A stretch of DNA of 64,000 bases. Source: Malacoraja senta (lineage: Eukaryota). The translations under genes and the position numbers were made by a program. This document shows positions 50,105 to 61,190 of the stretch, piece after piece; positions within the stretch are counted from its first letter, which is position 1, and the number at the start of each line of letters is the position of its first letter. The DNA lies in assembly GCA_038087875.1 (NCBI GenBank), contig CM075988.1, positions 21,640,001 to 21,704,000 on the forward strand, read 5' to 3'. The notes under the pieces are model-generated. The model was not told the origin of the DNA and did no database searches. It saw nothing but the letters and a program-made list of their open reading frames with translations.

Positions 50105-50543
50105 GGAAAGAGTGCAGGGAAGATTTACAAGGATGTTGCCTAGACTCAAGGGTTTGAGCATTAGGAAGAGCTAAGGCAGGCTCGGACTTTATTCCTTAGA
50201 GGGCAGGGAGCTGATGGGTGATCTTATAGAGGTGTATAGAATCATGAGGAGAATAGATAGGTTGAATGCACAAAATCTTTTCCCCAGGGTAGCGGAATCA
50301 AAAACCAGGGGATATTGCTTTAAGGTGAAGGGGAAAGATTTAATAGGAACCTGAGGGGCAAATTTCTCACACAGAGGGTGGTGGGCATACGGAATGAGCT
50401 GCTAAAGAGGTAGATGAGACAGGTAGTACAACATTTCAAAGATATTTTGACAGGTACATGGATAGGAAATGTTTCGAGGGATATGGGACTAGCGTAGATG
50501 GGGCATGTTGGGCAAGTTGGGCTGAAGGGCCTGGTTCCATGCA
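50105..50543 (+). mobile_element. CR1 LINE 3' fragment (second subfamily)
   Basis: LERVQGRFTRMLP…FNRNLRGKFLTQRVVG…; tail GAAGGGCCTGGTTCC…CTATGACTCTAT, related to the SINE tail. Confidence 0.8.
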
Positions 50544-52601
50544 GTGTGTCTCTATGACTCTATAACACAGGATGATGTTGAGAAACGCTCTCAATCTCAA
50601 TGACATTGTCTTTACATCCTGTCTGCCCAGGACAGGAGTCTAAAATGTCCTCTTAACACTTCTGTATTCAGGCAGAGTTGCTGAATTATACATTAAGCTA
50701 TATTCTGTGGTGAAAAGGTGTCATTCTCGATGGTCAGCTATCCGAGGGTAAATGGCAGCCAGGGAAAATGGAGCACCATCAATTATTTTCACACAACATC
50801 TTGAACAATAGCAATTACTGTCATCATTCCTCCCCAGGTGGAACTTAGGAGACAATAGCTTCTGTCATATATAATCCGGAGAAAAGGCTATCAAACCCTC
50901 TATTATGTGAGATGCTGAGGGAAGTCATAGGCAGACACACAGCCTTTATTATAATATGTAACGGTATAAAAATGGAATTTAGTGAGGCATTATCTCACCC
51001 ATAATTTAAGTGGAATTCAGGCGACTGGATTTCACTAATGTCACAGTCCAAAGCTCATCTTTCATCTGCACATTCGACTACTTAATGCAGTCCACAAGCA
51101 AACTGGCACCAGTCCAGGAAGGACTAAGTTTAATACTCATGTCATTAAGGCTTTCCGCTTGCTGCAGAGTCACTGGGAAACTATTAGGCTCTGCTGCAAA
51201 GCACAGATTGGAGTTGGAGACAGGCCCTTCGGCCCAACTTGCCCACACCTGCCAACATGCCCCATCTACACTTGTCCCACCTGCTTGCATTTGGCCCATA
51301 TCCCTCTCAACCTGTCCTGTCCATGTGCCTGTCTAAATGTTTCTTAGACATTGTGATAGTACCTGCCTCAACTACCTCCTCCGACAACTCGTTCCATGCA
51401 CCCACCACCCTTTGCGTGAGAAAATTACCCCTCAGATTCCCTCCCTTTCCCATTCATCCCCTTTAATATCTATACCCCCCCCCCACCCCCCCTACACCCT
51501 AAACCTATATCCTCTGGTTCTCGATTCCCCTACTCTGGACAAGAGACTCTGTGTATCTACTCGATCTATTCCTCTCGGGATTTTGTACACCTCTGTACGA
51601 TCACCCCTCATCCTCCTGCCCTCCAAGTACTAGGTGACATTGTGCAAAGCGCAGCCTCGGTAGGTATGGGACTCCTGAACAAACAGCTCTGTGAACCACC
51701 TGCGTCTCGGACTGGCCAAGGGTGGTACCGGTGCCCCAAACCCACTTCACGGATGTGATCCATATGAATGGGGTCGGGTGGATGAACGGCAAATAGGCGG
51801 CACAGTGGCGCAGCGGTAGAGCTGCTGCCTCACAGCGCCAGAGCCCCGGATTAGATCCTGTCTGTACGGAATATGTACGTTCTCCATGTGATCGCGTGGG
51901 GTTTCTCCGGATGCTTTGGTTTCCTCCGACGCTCCAAAGACGTGCAGGGTTTGTCAGTTAATTGGCTTCTGTAAATAAATAGTCCCTGGTGTGTAGGATA
52001 GAGCTTTTGATTGATGGTCTAAGGGTCTGTTTCTACTCTGTATCTCTAAACAGGTACGTCCTATTATTCTGAGGCGGTGGCTATGGCCTCTGGTCCTAGA
52101 CTCTCCAGCTAGTGGAAACATCCTCTCCACATCCACTCTATCCAAGCCTTGCACTATTCGGTAAGTTTCAATGAGCTCCCAACCCCTCATCCTTCTATAA
52201 CAAAGCCACTAGACTGTTGGAAGCATGAGTGTCTGGTTTCAGCTCTGAAATGTTCGCAAGTCAAAGGCTGTTGAGCTGAAAATGACAAGAACACTTCTGT
52301 CATTGAAGCACAGCTCTGCTCCAATGCAACCCCCACTGTGTGCGTGAAGGGCCAGCTTGTTTACACACGGCACTCGGAGTTTCAGAACCATGGCAGCTCA
52401 TTTCAACAAACTAAGGACACCATTAAAACTGTCTTCCCCTCTTGAAACCACGCTGTATTATTGAAATTGGGGCTTGCCACTTGGAATGGCATCTCACTTT
52501 GTAACAATATTAATAATTCCAATGTCAAGGTGTTGACATAGATAACAGACACTTAAAAGGCAGAAGATAGACACAAAAAGCTGGAATAAAGCTCCATTAA
52601 G

Positions 52602-52953
52602 GGCATCACGGTGGCTCAGCAGTAGAGTTGCTGTCTTACAGCGTTTCCAGTGCCAGAGATCCGAATTTGATCCCGACTACGGGTGCTGTCTGTACGGAGT
52701 TTGTACGTTTCTCCCCGTGAACTGCGTGGGTTTATTCCGGGTGCTCCGGTTTCCTCCCACACTCCAAAGACGTCTATGATTTGTAGCTTTTTAGGTTTTT
52801 AGGTTTGTAGGTTAATTTGTAGGTTAATTGACTCGGTATAAGTGTAAATTGTCCCTAGTGTGTGTAGGATAGTGTTAATGTGCGGGGATCGCTTGTTGGT
52901 GCAGACTCGGTGGGCCGAAGGGCCTGTTTCCATGCTGTAGCTCTAAACTAAAC
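52602..52953 (+). mobile_element. HE1-like V-SINE
   Basis: Head, V-domain and tail. Confidence 0.8.
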
Positions 52954-53249
52954 TCCGTGAGTGAGGCAGCATCTCTGGATAAAAGGAATGGGTGACTTTT
53001 CGGGTCGAGACCCTTCTTCTCGATCCAACACATCACCCATTCCTTCTCTCCAGAGATGCTGCCTGACCCGCTGAGTTACTCCAGGTTTTTGCGTCCATCT
53101 GTGGTTTAAACCAGCTTCTCCAGTTCAATGTTATGCAGAATATGTAAGTACCAGGATGTTAATGCATTGGAAGTGGTTCAGAGAAAGTTTCTCAGACAGA
53201 GTCTGGGGAGAGGGAGACTGGAGATATGGAAGGGTAAGGTGTGAAAACG

Positions 53250-53745
53250 CCTCCCCTACCATAGATTAGGCTCTCACCAGGGTCTCTTCAATACCCCGCA
53301 ACACTGCTCTCTCTCCCCATCCCCCCACTCGTAACAAGGGCAGAGTCCCCCTAGTCCACACCTTCCACCCCACCAGCCGTCACATAAAACAAATAGTCCT
53401 CAGTCATTTTCGCCACCTCCAACGTGACCCCACCACTCACCACATCTTCCCATCTCACCCCATGTCTGCTTTCCGCAAAGACCGTTCCCTCCATAACTCC
53501 CTGGTCAATTCTTCCCTTCCCACCCGTACCACCCCTCCCCCGGGCACTTTCCCTTGCAACCGCAAGAGATGCAACACTTGTCGCTTTACCTCCCCCCTCG
53601 ACTCCATTCAAGGACCCAAGCAGTCGTTCCAGGTGCGACAGAGGTTCACCTGCATCTCCTCCAACCTCATCTATTGCATCCGCTGCTCTAGATGTCAGCT
53701 GACCTACATCGGTGAGACCAAGCGTAGGCTTGGCGATCGTTTCGC
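53250..53745 (+). mobile_element. Penelope-like element fragment, GIY-YIG endonuclease N-terminal part
   Basis: SAFRKDRSLHNSLV…PGTFPCNRKRCNTCRF…FQVRQRFTCISSNLIYCIRCSRCQLTYIGETKRRLGDRFA. Confidence 0.9.
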
Positions 53746-54784
53746 CATAGATGCTGCCGCACCCGCTGAGTTTCTCCAGCACTTTTGTTTACGATCAAAG
53801 GGGACGTTGCTCAAGGAAATGTAGAATGGTTCATTGTTAGCTGGGGGGTAGGTGACAACAAGGCATAAGTCTGAAGAAGATTTTGTGTCTATCTTTGATG
53901 TAAACCAGCATTTGTAGTTCCTACATATATATATATATATATATATATATACGCACACATTGAACTTTTTTTCTCGTTTATTACATTATTTACAGAGTAT
54001 TGTGTTCACATACTCAGTTGTGCAACTGTAAGTACGAATGTCATTGTTCTATCTGGGACATATGACAATAAAACACTCTCTTGACTCTATGCAAATGTGT
54101 GGTGAGGTAATGTTAAAGGGGGATCATGAAAGAGGTGAGTTTGTCGTGGGGTCCATCATCAAGAGACAGTGTTTACATAAGCTCATTGCAGATTCACAGC
54201 AGACAGTGACATTTTGACCTACCCCTGCAGACAGCATCAACCATCGCGGCAGCTACCTTTCAGAGTTGCGTTCTGAAGGGTAGTCACCCTCCGCTCCCAC
54301 ACAGCTGCTGAAGCAAGGTTGAAGTTCACGTTGAGGCAGCAAAACCCTTCATCCAGTGGAGAGTGCGATCGGCACATTGCGATGGAATAACTATTGAAGT
54401 GGCAGCCTGTGGACTGGCGAACAATGAAAGCAGCGTAATTAAAATTCATTTGGTGTTTCTTCCAGACCCCAGCCTTGGATCCCAGCCAGGTGCAGCATGA
54501 AAGAGGTGAGTAATACTGGTGAACACTTCAGAGAATCTCTCCTGCAGTAAAAACACATCTATACCTGCCCTGCAGTGTGGAAACCTTAGTGTTTGTCCTA
54601 CAGAGTAATTAGAACATTACAATAGTAGTATATATTTTTATTTTTTAGTAGTGTATATTTTATTTCGAAGATGTAAAACAAAAAAAGTTAAAAACAAAGC
54701 AAAATAGCAATAAAATGAAATGAACAATAAACCTATACACAACTCATTGAATGACTTCTCATAAACAACACAAATTTAATCTTA

Positions 54785-55647
54785 AGGGCCCGTCCCACTT
54801 TTTTCAGCGACTGCCGGCGTCATGTCAGTTTCGCCAAAAGATCTTGAACATTTCAAAATCCGATGGCCCAGAACTAAATGTGTTTCAAAAGAAACTAATA
54901 GACTATGGGTTAATAACTGGAAAAAAGCTAATTCTAAAATTTTGGAAGAAGGCTCCAATACCAACTATAAATATGTGGACTTCAAATATGTTCGAAACAT
55001 TACACCTAGAAGAGATAAGACTCATCCTAGCAGGTAAACCAGATCACTTCCACCTGACGTGGTCTGCATTTATAGAATTATTACAAATATAGGGTGCAAA
55101 AGTACTTAAAAAAAGATTGAGGTCAGGTAAGGGGGGATGCTAGTTGAAGAGTTGGTATGTCCCATTTACGTAATGCTCATAAAAATATTTCTCTCTTTTT
55201 CCTCTTTCTCTTTCTCTTTCTTTTCTAGGGTCTATTCCTTAACTCTTTTTCTTTTGTTTTTAATTTTGTTCTTATAGGGTCTTCGTTCTTTTTTGTTGTT
55301 ACATTTTCTACACTTTCACTTTTTCCTTCACTTTCTTCTTTCTTTCAATCTTTTCTTTTTTCTAGTGTAAAAAATAAATGGAGTACATTAATTGTAAGAA
55401 GACATAAGTGATGAGTACTAATGTATGTGGTTGTAATGTAATGTACTTCTAATAAATAAAATTAAAAAAATAAAAAAAAATTTAAAAGAAATCCGGCGGC
55501 GACAAAAAAAATGTTGCGACACTTGAAAAAACGCCGCGCGTCAATACGTCATCACGCCAAATCACGCCGCAAATTTTTCGGTGACCTGATACGTCAGTCG
55601 ATGATGCCGGCAGTCGGCGAAAATAATCGCCAAGTGGGACAGACCCT
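54785..55647. mobile_element. PIF/Harbinger-type MITE split by an L1 insertion
   Basis: TIR AGGGCCCGTCCCACTT / AAGTGGGACAGACCCT; TTA TSD (54782-84, 55648-50). Confidence 0.85.
54863..55488 (+). mobile_element. 5'-truncated L1/Tx1-type LINE (ORF2 C-terminus, T-rich UTR, polyA)
   Basis: GLITGKKLILKFWKKAPIPTINMW…LEEIR…FHLTWSAF; AATAAA and A-tail; TSD AAATCCG (54856-62, 55489-95). Confidence 0.85.
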
Positions 55648-56111
55648 TTACATGTTCGAAAAGGAGTAGGAGGAAGTATACACTTATTTATTCCTAACCC
55701 TTCTCCCCTATTCATCTATTCATTCACAAACTTTATCTCATCTGCATATATATATATATACACATATAAACAACTAAATACTACAGAGTAAAATGTGCAC
55801 CTGTGTGTTTAGTTTATTTTAGTTTAGAGATACAAGGTGGAAGCAGGGGCTTCGGCCCACCGAGTCCGCGCTGACCAGCGATCACTCGTACGCTAATGCT
55901 GTCCTACACAATAGGAACAATTTACAGAAGCCAATTAACCTACAAACCCGCACGTCTTTTTTGGATGTGTGGGAGGAAACCGAAGCACCCAGATAAAACC
56001 CACACTGTCGGTCACAGGGAGAACGTACAAACACCACACAGACAGCACCCGTGGTCAGGATCGAACCTGGGTCTCTGCCGCTGTAAGGTGGCAACTATAC
56101 TGCTGCACCAC

Positions 56112-56355
56112 TGTGTGTGTGTGTGCGTCCGTGTGTCTGTGTGTTCGTGCATGTGTTTGCATTGGTGTATGTGTGTGTGCATGCGTGTCTGTGTGTGTTT
56201 GTATGTAATTTTGTGCATGTGTGTCGGTGTGTGTTTGCCTGAAGGTGTTGGTGTGTATGTGTGCGTATATGTAAGTATTTCCATGTGTATGCGTGTATGT
56301 GTGTGAGTGTGCCTGTTTGCATGGCGGTGTTTCTGTGTGTGCCTGTGCATATGTG
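56112..56355. repeat. Degenerate (TG)n microsatellite
   Basis: TG-rich low-complexity tract. Confidence 0.9.
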
Positions 56356-58247
56356 CATTTTTGGATACACAGATAAGTTGTATGTGCTTTTCATTTACTT
56401 CATGAATAAAAAAATATCGGCGCCAATAACCAATATGTAGCTATAGTTCCAATCTAGGTCGCTGATATGTGCAGTGTCTCTGAGCCAACATGCTGTTTGA
56501 ACTTCGTTGGAATACAGATTTAATTGAATTGATTGAAAGAGACACAATGGAAACAGGCCCTTCGGCCCACCCAGTCCATGCCAACCATTGATCACCCATT
56601 CACACTAGTTTGATGTTATCCCACTTTCACATCCACTCACTGCACACCAGGGACCAATTAACCTACAAACCTGGAACAATGACTGTGATTGTCACACTAA
56701 CCCACCCATAATAATGCTGATCAGTGCAAAAGTAACAGAACAGAAAATGCCATTGTTCTTGCTGGCAAAGAAATATGCATTTCTCTCAGACCGGTTGATG
56801 AAACATTGACACTTGGTCAGCTTGGGATCGACACTTCAGAATGCACGAAGCAGCAGAGCGTGGATGTTTCTCTTCTGATCTCACAGAGGAACATCACTTC
56901 ATCTGACCTGATCTGACCCAACCCCAGCAGTCCCATGGACCTCAAGAGGTGGATGTCAGTCTTCACGAGAAACCCACTCCGTGCTCTGGATAATGCTGTC
57001 AGGAAATAGATAGCGAGGATACGCTTACTTGCAGACTGAGCATTTGTTTCTTTTAGTTCAGAGATACAGCGTAGAAACAGGCCCTTCGGTCCACCCAGTC
57101 CGCACCTATTGTGTCCTGGAGTCATCACTAGAGGGCTCTTTCTCGAAATGAATGTATTCTCAGGGAGGGTCCCTGGGGGATCTGCAGGGCTTGAGGGCAG
57201 CGACGTTTGGCTTGTAATAAATTCTGGACACCAAGTGTAGTTTGTGAAATATTTAGCCTTCGAATACAACAGCGCCGACCAGCGATCCCCGCACGCTTAC
57301 ACTATCCTACACGCACTAGGGACAATTTACAATTATACCAAGCCAATTAGCTTACAAACCTGTACGTCTTTGGAGTGTGGGAGGAAGCCGGAGCTACCCA
57401 GAGAAAACCCACGCAGCTCACGGGGAGAACGTACAAACTCCGTACAGACAAGCATCTGTAGTCAGGATAGACCCCGGGTCTCTGGAGCTGTAAGGTGGTA
57501 ACTCTACCATTGTGCCACCGTGCTGCCCACTGCTTTAGTGAACAAGTGAATGGTGATTCAGAAATTGGCCTCAAACACCCATAAATACAGGATGGACACA
57601 AAATGCTGGAGTAACTCAGCGGGACAGGCAGAGAGGCGGAGACAAGGAACGGGTGACGTTTCGGGCTGAGACCCTTCTTCACCCATTCCTTCTCTCCAGA
57701 GGTGCTCCCTGTCCCGCTGAGTTACTCCAGCATTTTGTGTCTATATTCGATTTAAACCAGCATCAGCAGTTCTTTCCTACACACATAAATACAGGTGTCA
57801 TCTAGAAAACATTGCGTTAAATCCAGCAAAACTGTTTGACAGCAAATAAAGTGGAAGTCATTGCTGGCCCATGGGAATGCAGCTGCACAAGATGCCTCTT
57901 GGTGCGATTACAGGATAGCTACTATGCCAATGGAAAGAGATGAAAATCACGCCATACATTAGTACAAAGCCAGAGAGACAAAAGACATACAACTTAGTGA
58001 AGTGATTCGGAAGTTGAGGTATCATTTAATCCTAAATTGTCATTTACTGCAGAGGATTTCAGCTTTGGAACCGCCTGGGTACGTATGTTGTCTTCGTGAA
58101 AGAACTGAAAACAGAAACATACCAAATCTGAAATGAAACTGGATGATGACAATGGAAACTCACGGCAGAAGGATCGAAGTCCGATGGACACAAAATGCTG
58201 GGGTGACCCAGCGGGACAGGCAGCATCTCTGGAGAAAAGGAACGGGT

Positions 58248-58275
58248 GACGTTTCGGGTCGAGACCCTTCTTCAG
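58248..58275 (-). ncRNA. Minimal hammerhead motif (Penelope terminal module)
   Basis: Intact CTGAAGAAGGGTCTCGACCCGAAACGTC. Confidence 0.7.
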
Positions 58276-60499
58276 TCCTGACCTTCATCAGGTCAGTTCA
58301 CTTATCTTTGTCCTTCTCATTGAAGTTTGTGACTGTCTTTTGGACCGTTTGCTACTAGATACATTTTGTTCCAGGTTTAATCACAAAGTTGAGACAGAAG
58401 AAGAGTCCTGAAATGGAATGTTACCCAGAGATGCTGTCCGACCCACTGAGTTACTCCAGCACTTTGTGTTCTATGTAATATTCCAGCATCTGCTGTTCCC
58501 TGTGTCTTACTCATACATTTGTTCATTCAATTGAGGCTTTTAGATAGGCACATTGGTAATCTGGGAATGGAGGGTTATGGATCATATGCAGGCAGAGGAG
58601 ATTAGTTTAGATACAGCGCGGAAACAGGCCCTTCGGCCCACCAAGTCGGCGCCGACCAGCGATCCCCGCACACTAACACTATCCTACGCATACTAGGAAC
58701 AATTTACAAATATACCAAGTCAGTTAGCTTACAAACTTGTACGTCTTTGGAGTGTGGGAGGAAACCGGAGATCCTGGAGAAAACCCATGCAGGTCACGGG
58801 GAGAACGTACAAACTCTATACAGACAAGCACCCTTCGACAGGATCATACCGGGGTCTCTGTCGCTGTACTGCTGTGCCACCGTGCTGCCCAAGTTAGTTT
58901 CCCTTGGCATCATGTGGGCTGAAGGGCCTGTTCCTGTGCTGTGCTGTTCTATGTCCAATGTTCCATGAGATAAACTTTCAGATAAAGGTATCAACAGATG
59001 TATGAATTGCCAACCAAACAAGGCTGAGGAAACAGTTATCATATCAAGTTTACTGAAAAATCTCGTTATTTTGGAAGAGCTTTGCACTCAACAGTCTGGT
59101 ACCGTAACACATGAAAGCAATTTCTAGAAGTATTCTTTATTGAGTGGTATAAGATAAAGATCTTGAAAAACGAGCTGGTAAAAGTGTACAGTCTATAAAG
59201 CTCGCGCATCAAGCCAGGAAAACTATCTTTACAGAACTGGAAATGGCCATTGAGAGATTTTGTAAGTACAGACTTTGGTTGTTATGAAAAAGGGATTTAT
59301 AATTTCTTAGTCACGACAGATGGATCAAGGTGGAAGATGTTAGATCCAGTACAACAGCAGGGTTTACTACTGAAAGCCAGTCGGCTTCTGTTTACTGTGT
59401 GGGAAGGAGCTGCAGATGCGGGAATATTTTGAAGATGGACACAAAGTGCTGGAGTAACTCAGCGGGTCAAGCAGCATCTCTGGAAAAAAAAAGATGGGTG
59501 ATGTTTTGGTTCGGGACCCTTCCCATAGAGTCTGAACAAGGGTCCTGACGTGAAACGTCACCCATCTTTTTTTTCTCCAAAGATGTTGCCCGACCTGCAG
59601 AGTTACTCCAGCACTTTGTGTATCCAGGTTGATGTTTAAGTTTGGTTTATTATTGACGTGTGTGTCCTAGAAGGGTGAACAGCTTTGTTTTTGCATGTTA
59701 TCCATTCAGATCAGATAATACTGTACATGTCATGTTGTTACTTGTGGGCGGAGCACCAAGGCAAATTCCTTGTATGTGAATACTTTCGCCAATAAACTTA
59801 CTTACTTACTTAAATACGATCAAGTCAAACTTTAAGTACAATAGGTAGAGAGCAAAGGGGAAGATAGAGTGCAGAATATAGTTCTCAGCATTGTAGCACG
59901 CCAAAGAGAGACACAACATGCTGGAGTAACTCAGCGGGACAGGCAGCATCTCTGGAGAGAAGCAATGGGTGACATTTCGGGTCGAGACCCTTCTTCAGAC
60001 TTGTTCCATAGACAAGTTCCAATGTCCGCAATGGGGTAGTGATGAATCGGACCTTCTGGAAGGACCGTTCAGAAGTCTGATAAGAGAGGGGAAGAAGCTA
60101 TCCCTGAGTCTGGTGGTGTGTGCTTTCAAGCTTCTGTACCTAAGCTTGGGTTCAGTGCTCTTTGTAAGGTAGGAAAATGTTCCGATTCAAAAGGCTCTCC
60201 TGGATGCATTTGAAAAATGACACATCCTCTGTACCTTTAACTCTGTAGCAATCATAGTTGATGTTAGAGAAGTTTACTCTTACACCTGTGATCTTAATAC
60301 ATATCTGCTTAATACGTATCCACCTCCTGCTGTCTGTTAGAAGGTTTGTGGATACCTTTGTGAACTGAGAGCTCCTAAACTGAGGTCTTCCCACATGGCC
60401 TCAGTTGATAAGCCTATGAAGAAGGCCTCCTCCTTCTCACAGTTTAGGATTCGTGGTTTATCAACGGTTCACTGGTTCATTTATTGTCACGTGTAAGTT

Positions 60500-61190
60500 T
60501 ATCGGTTACAGGTTGGGAGAGTGGGCAAAGAAGGTTGCGGATGGAATACAGCGTCGCAAAGTGTGGAGTCAAAGCAGTGGGAATGAAGGAGTAGACTATT
60601 TTCTAAATGGGGAGGGAATAAGGAAATCGGAGGTGCAGTGGGACATGGGAATGCTGGTGCAGGATTCCCCCCAAAAAGTTCATTTGCAGCTTGAATCGGT
60701 AGTAAGGAAAGCAAATCTAATGTTAGCATTCTTTTCAAGAGGGCTAAAATATGAAAGCAGGGATGTAATGGTGAGGCTTTACAAACTGCTGGTCAGATCG
60801 CATTTGGAGTATTGTGAGCAGCTTTGGGCCCCGCCTCTGATGAGGGATGTGCTGGCGTTGGAGAGGGTCCAGAGGAGGTCCAGAACCAGGGGCCACAGTT
60901 TAAGAATAAGGGGTCGGCCATTTAGAACGGAGATGAGGAAACACTTTTTCTCACAGGGAGTGGTGAGTCTGTGGAATTCTCTGCCTCAGAGGGCGGTGGA
61001 GGCCGGTTCTCTGGATGCGTTCAAGAGAGAGCTAGATAGGGCTCTTAAAGATAGCGGAGTCAGGGGATATGGGGAGAAGGCAGGAATGGGGTACTGATCG
61101 GGGATGATCAGCCATGATCACATTGAATGGCGGTGCTGGCTCGAAGGGCCCAATGGCCTACTCCTGCACCTATTGTCTATTGTCTATTGT
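60500..61190 (+). mobile_element. CR1 LINE ORF2 fragments (older copy with a younger 3' fragment nested in it)
   Basis: RLGEWAK…VVRKANLML…LYKLLVRSHLEYCEQLWAP…LERVQRR, joined to SRTRGHSLRIRGRPFRTEMRKHFF…. Confidence 0.85.

Noticed and set aside
54466..54505. Possible micro-exon (TTCTTCCAG…GAAAGAG|GTGAGT); CATGAAAGAGGTGAGT also occurs near 54126
   Set aside because: The splice signals are plausible, but there is no recognisable protein and no partner exons; RNA-seq would be needed.
55896..56394. Cys/Val- and His/Thr-rich ORFs
   Set aside because: These are translations of the (TG)n/(CA)n microsatellite.
57994..58105. Possible minus-strand terminal exon (FFHEDNIRTQ…)
   Set aside because: I recognise no homology, and an acceptor-like sequence alone is insufficient.
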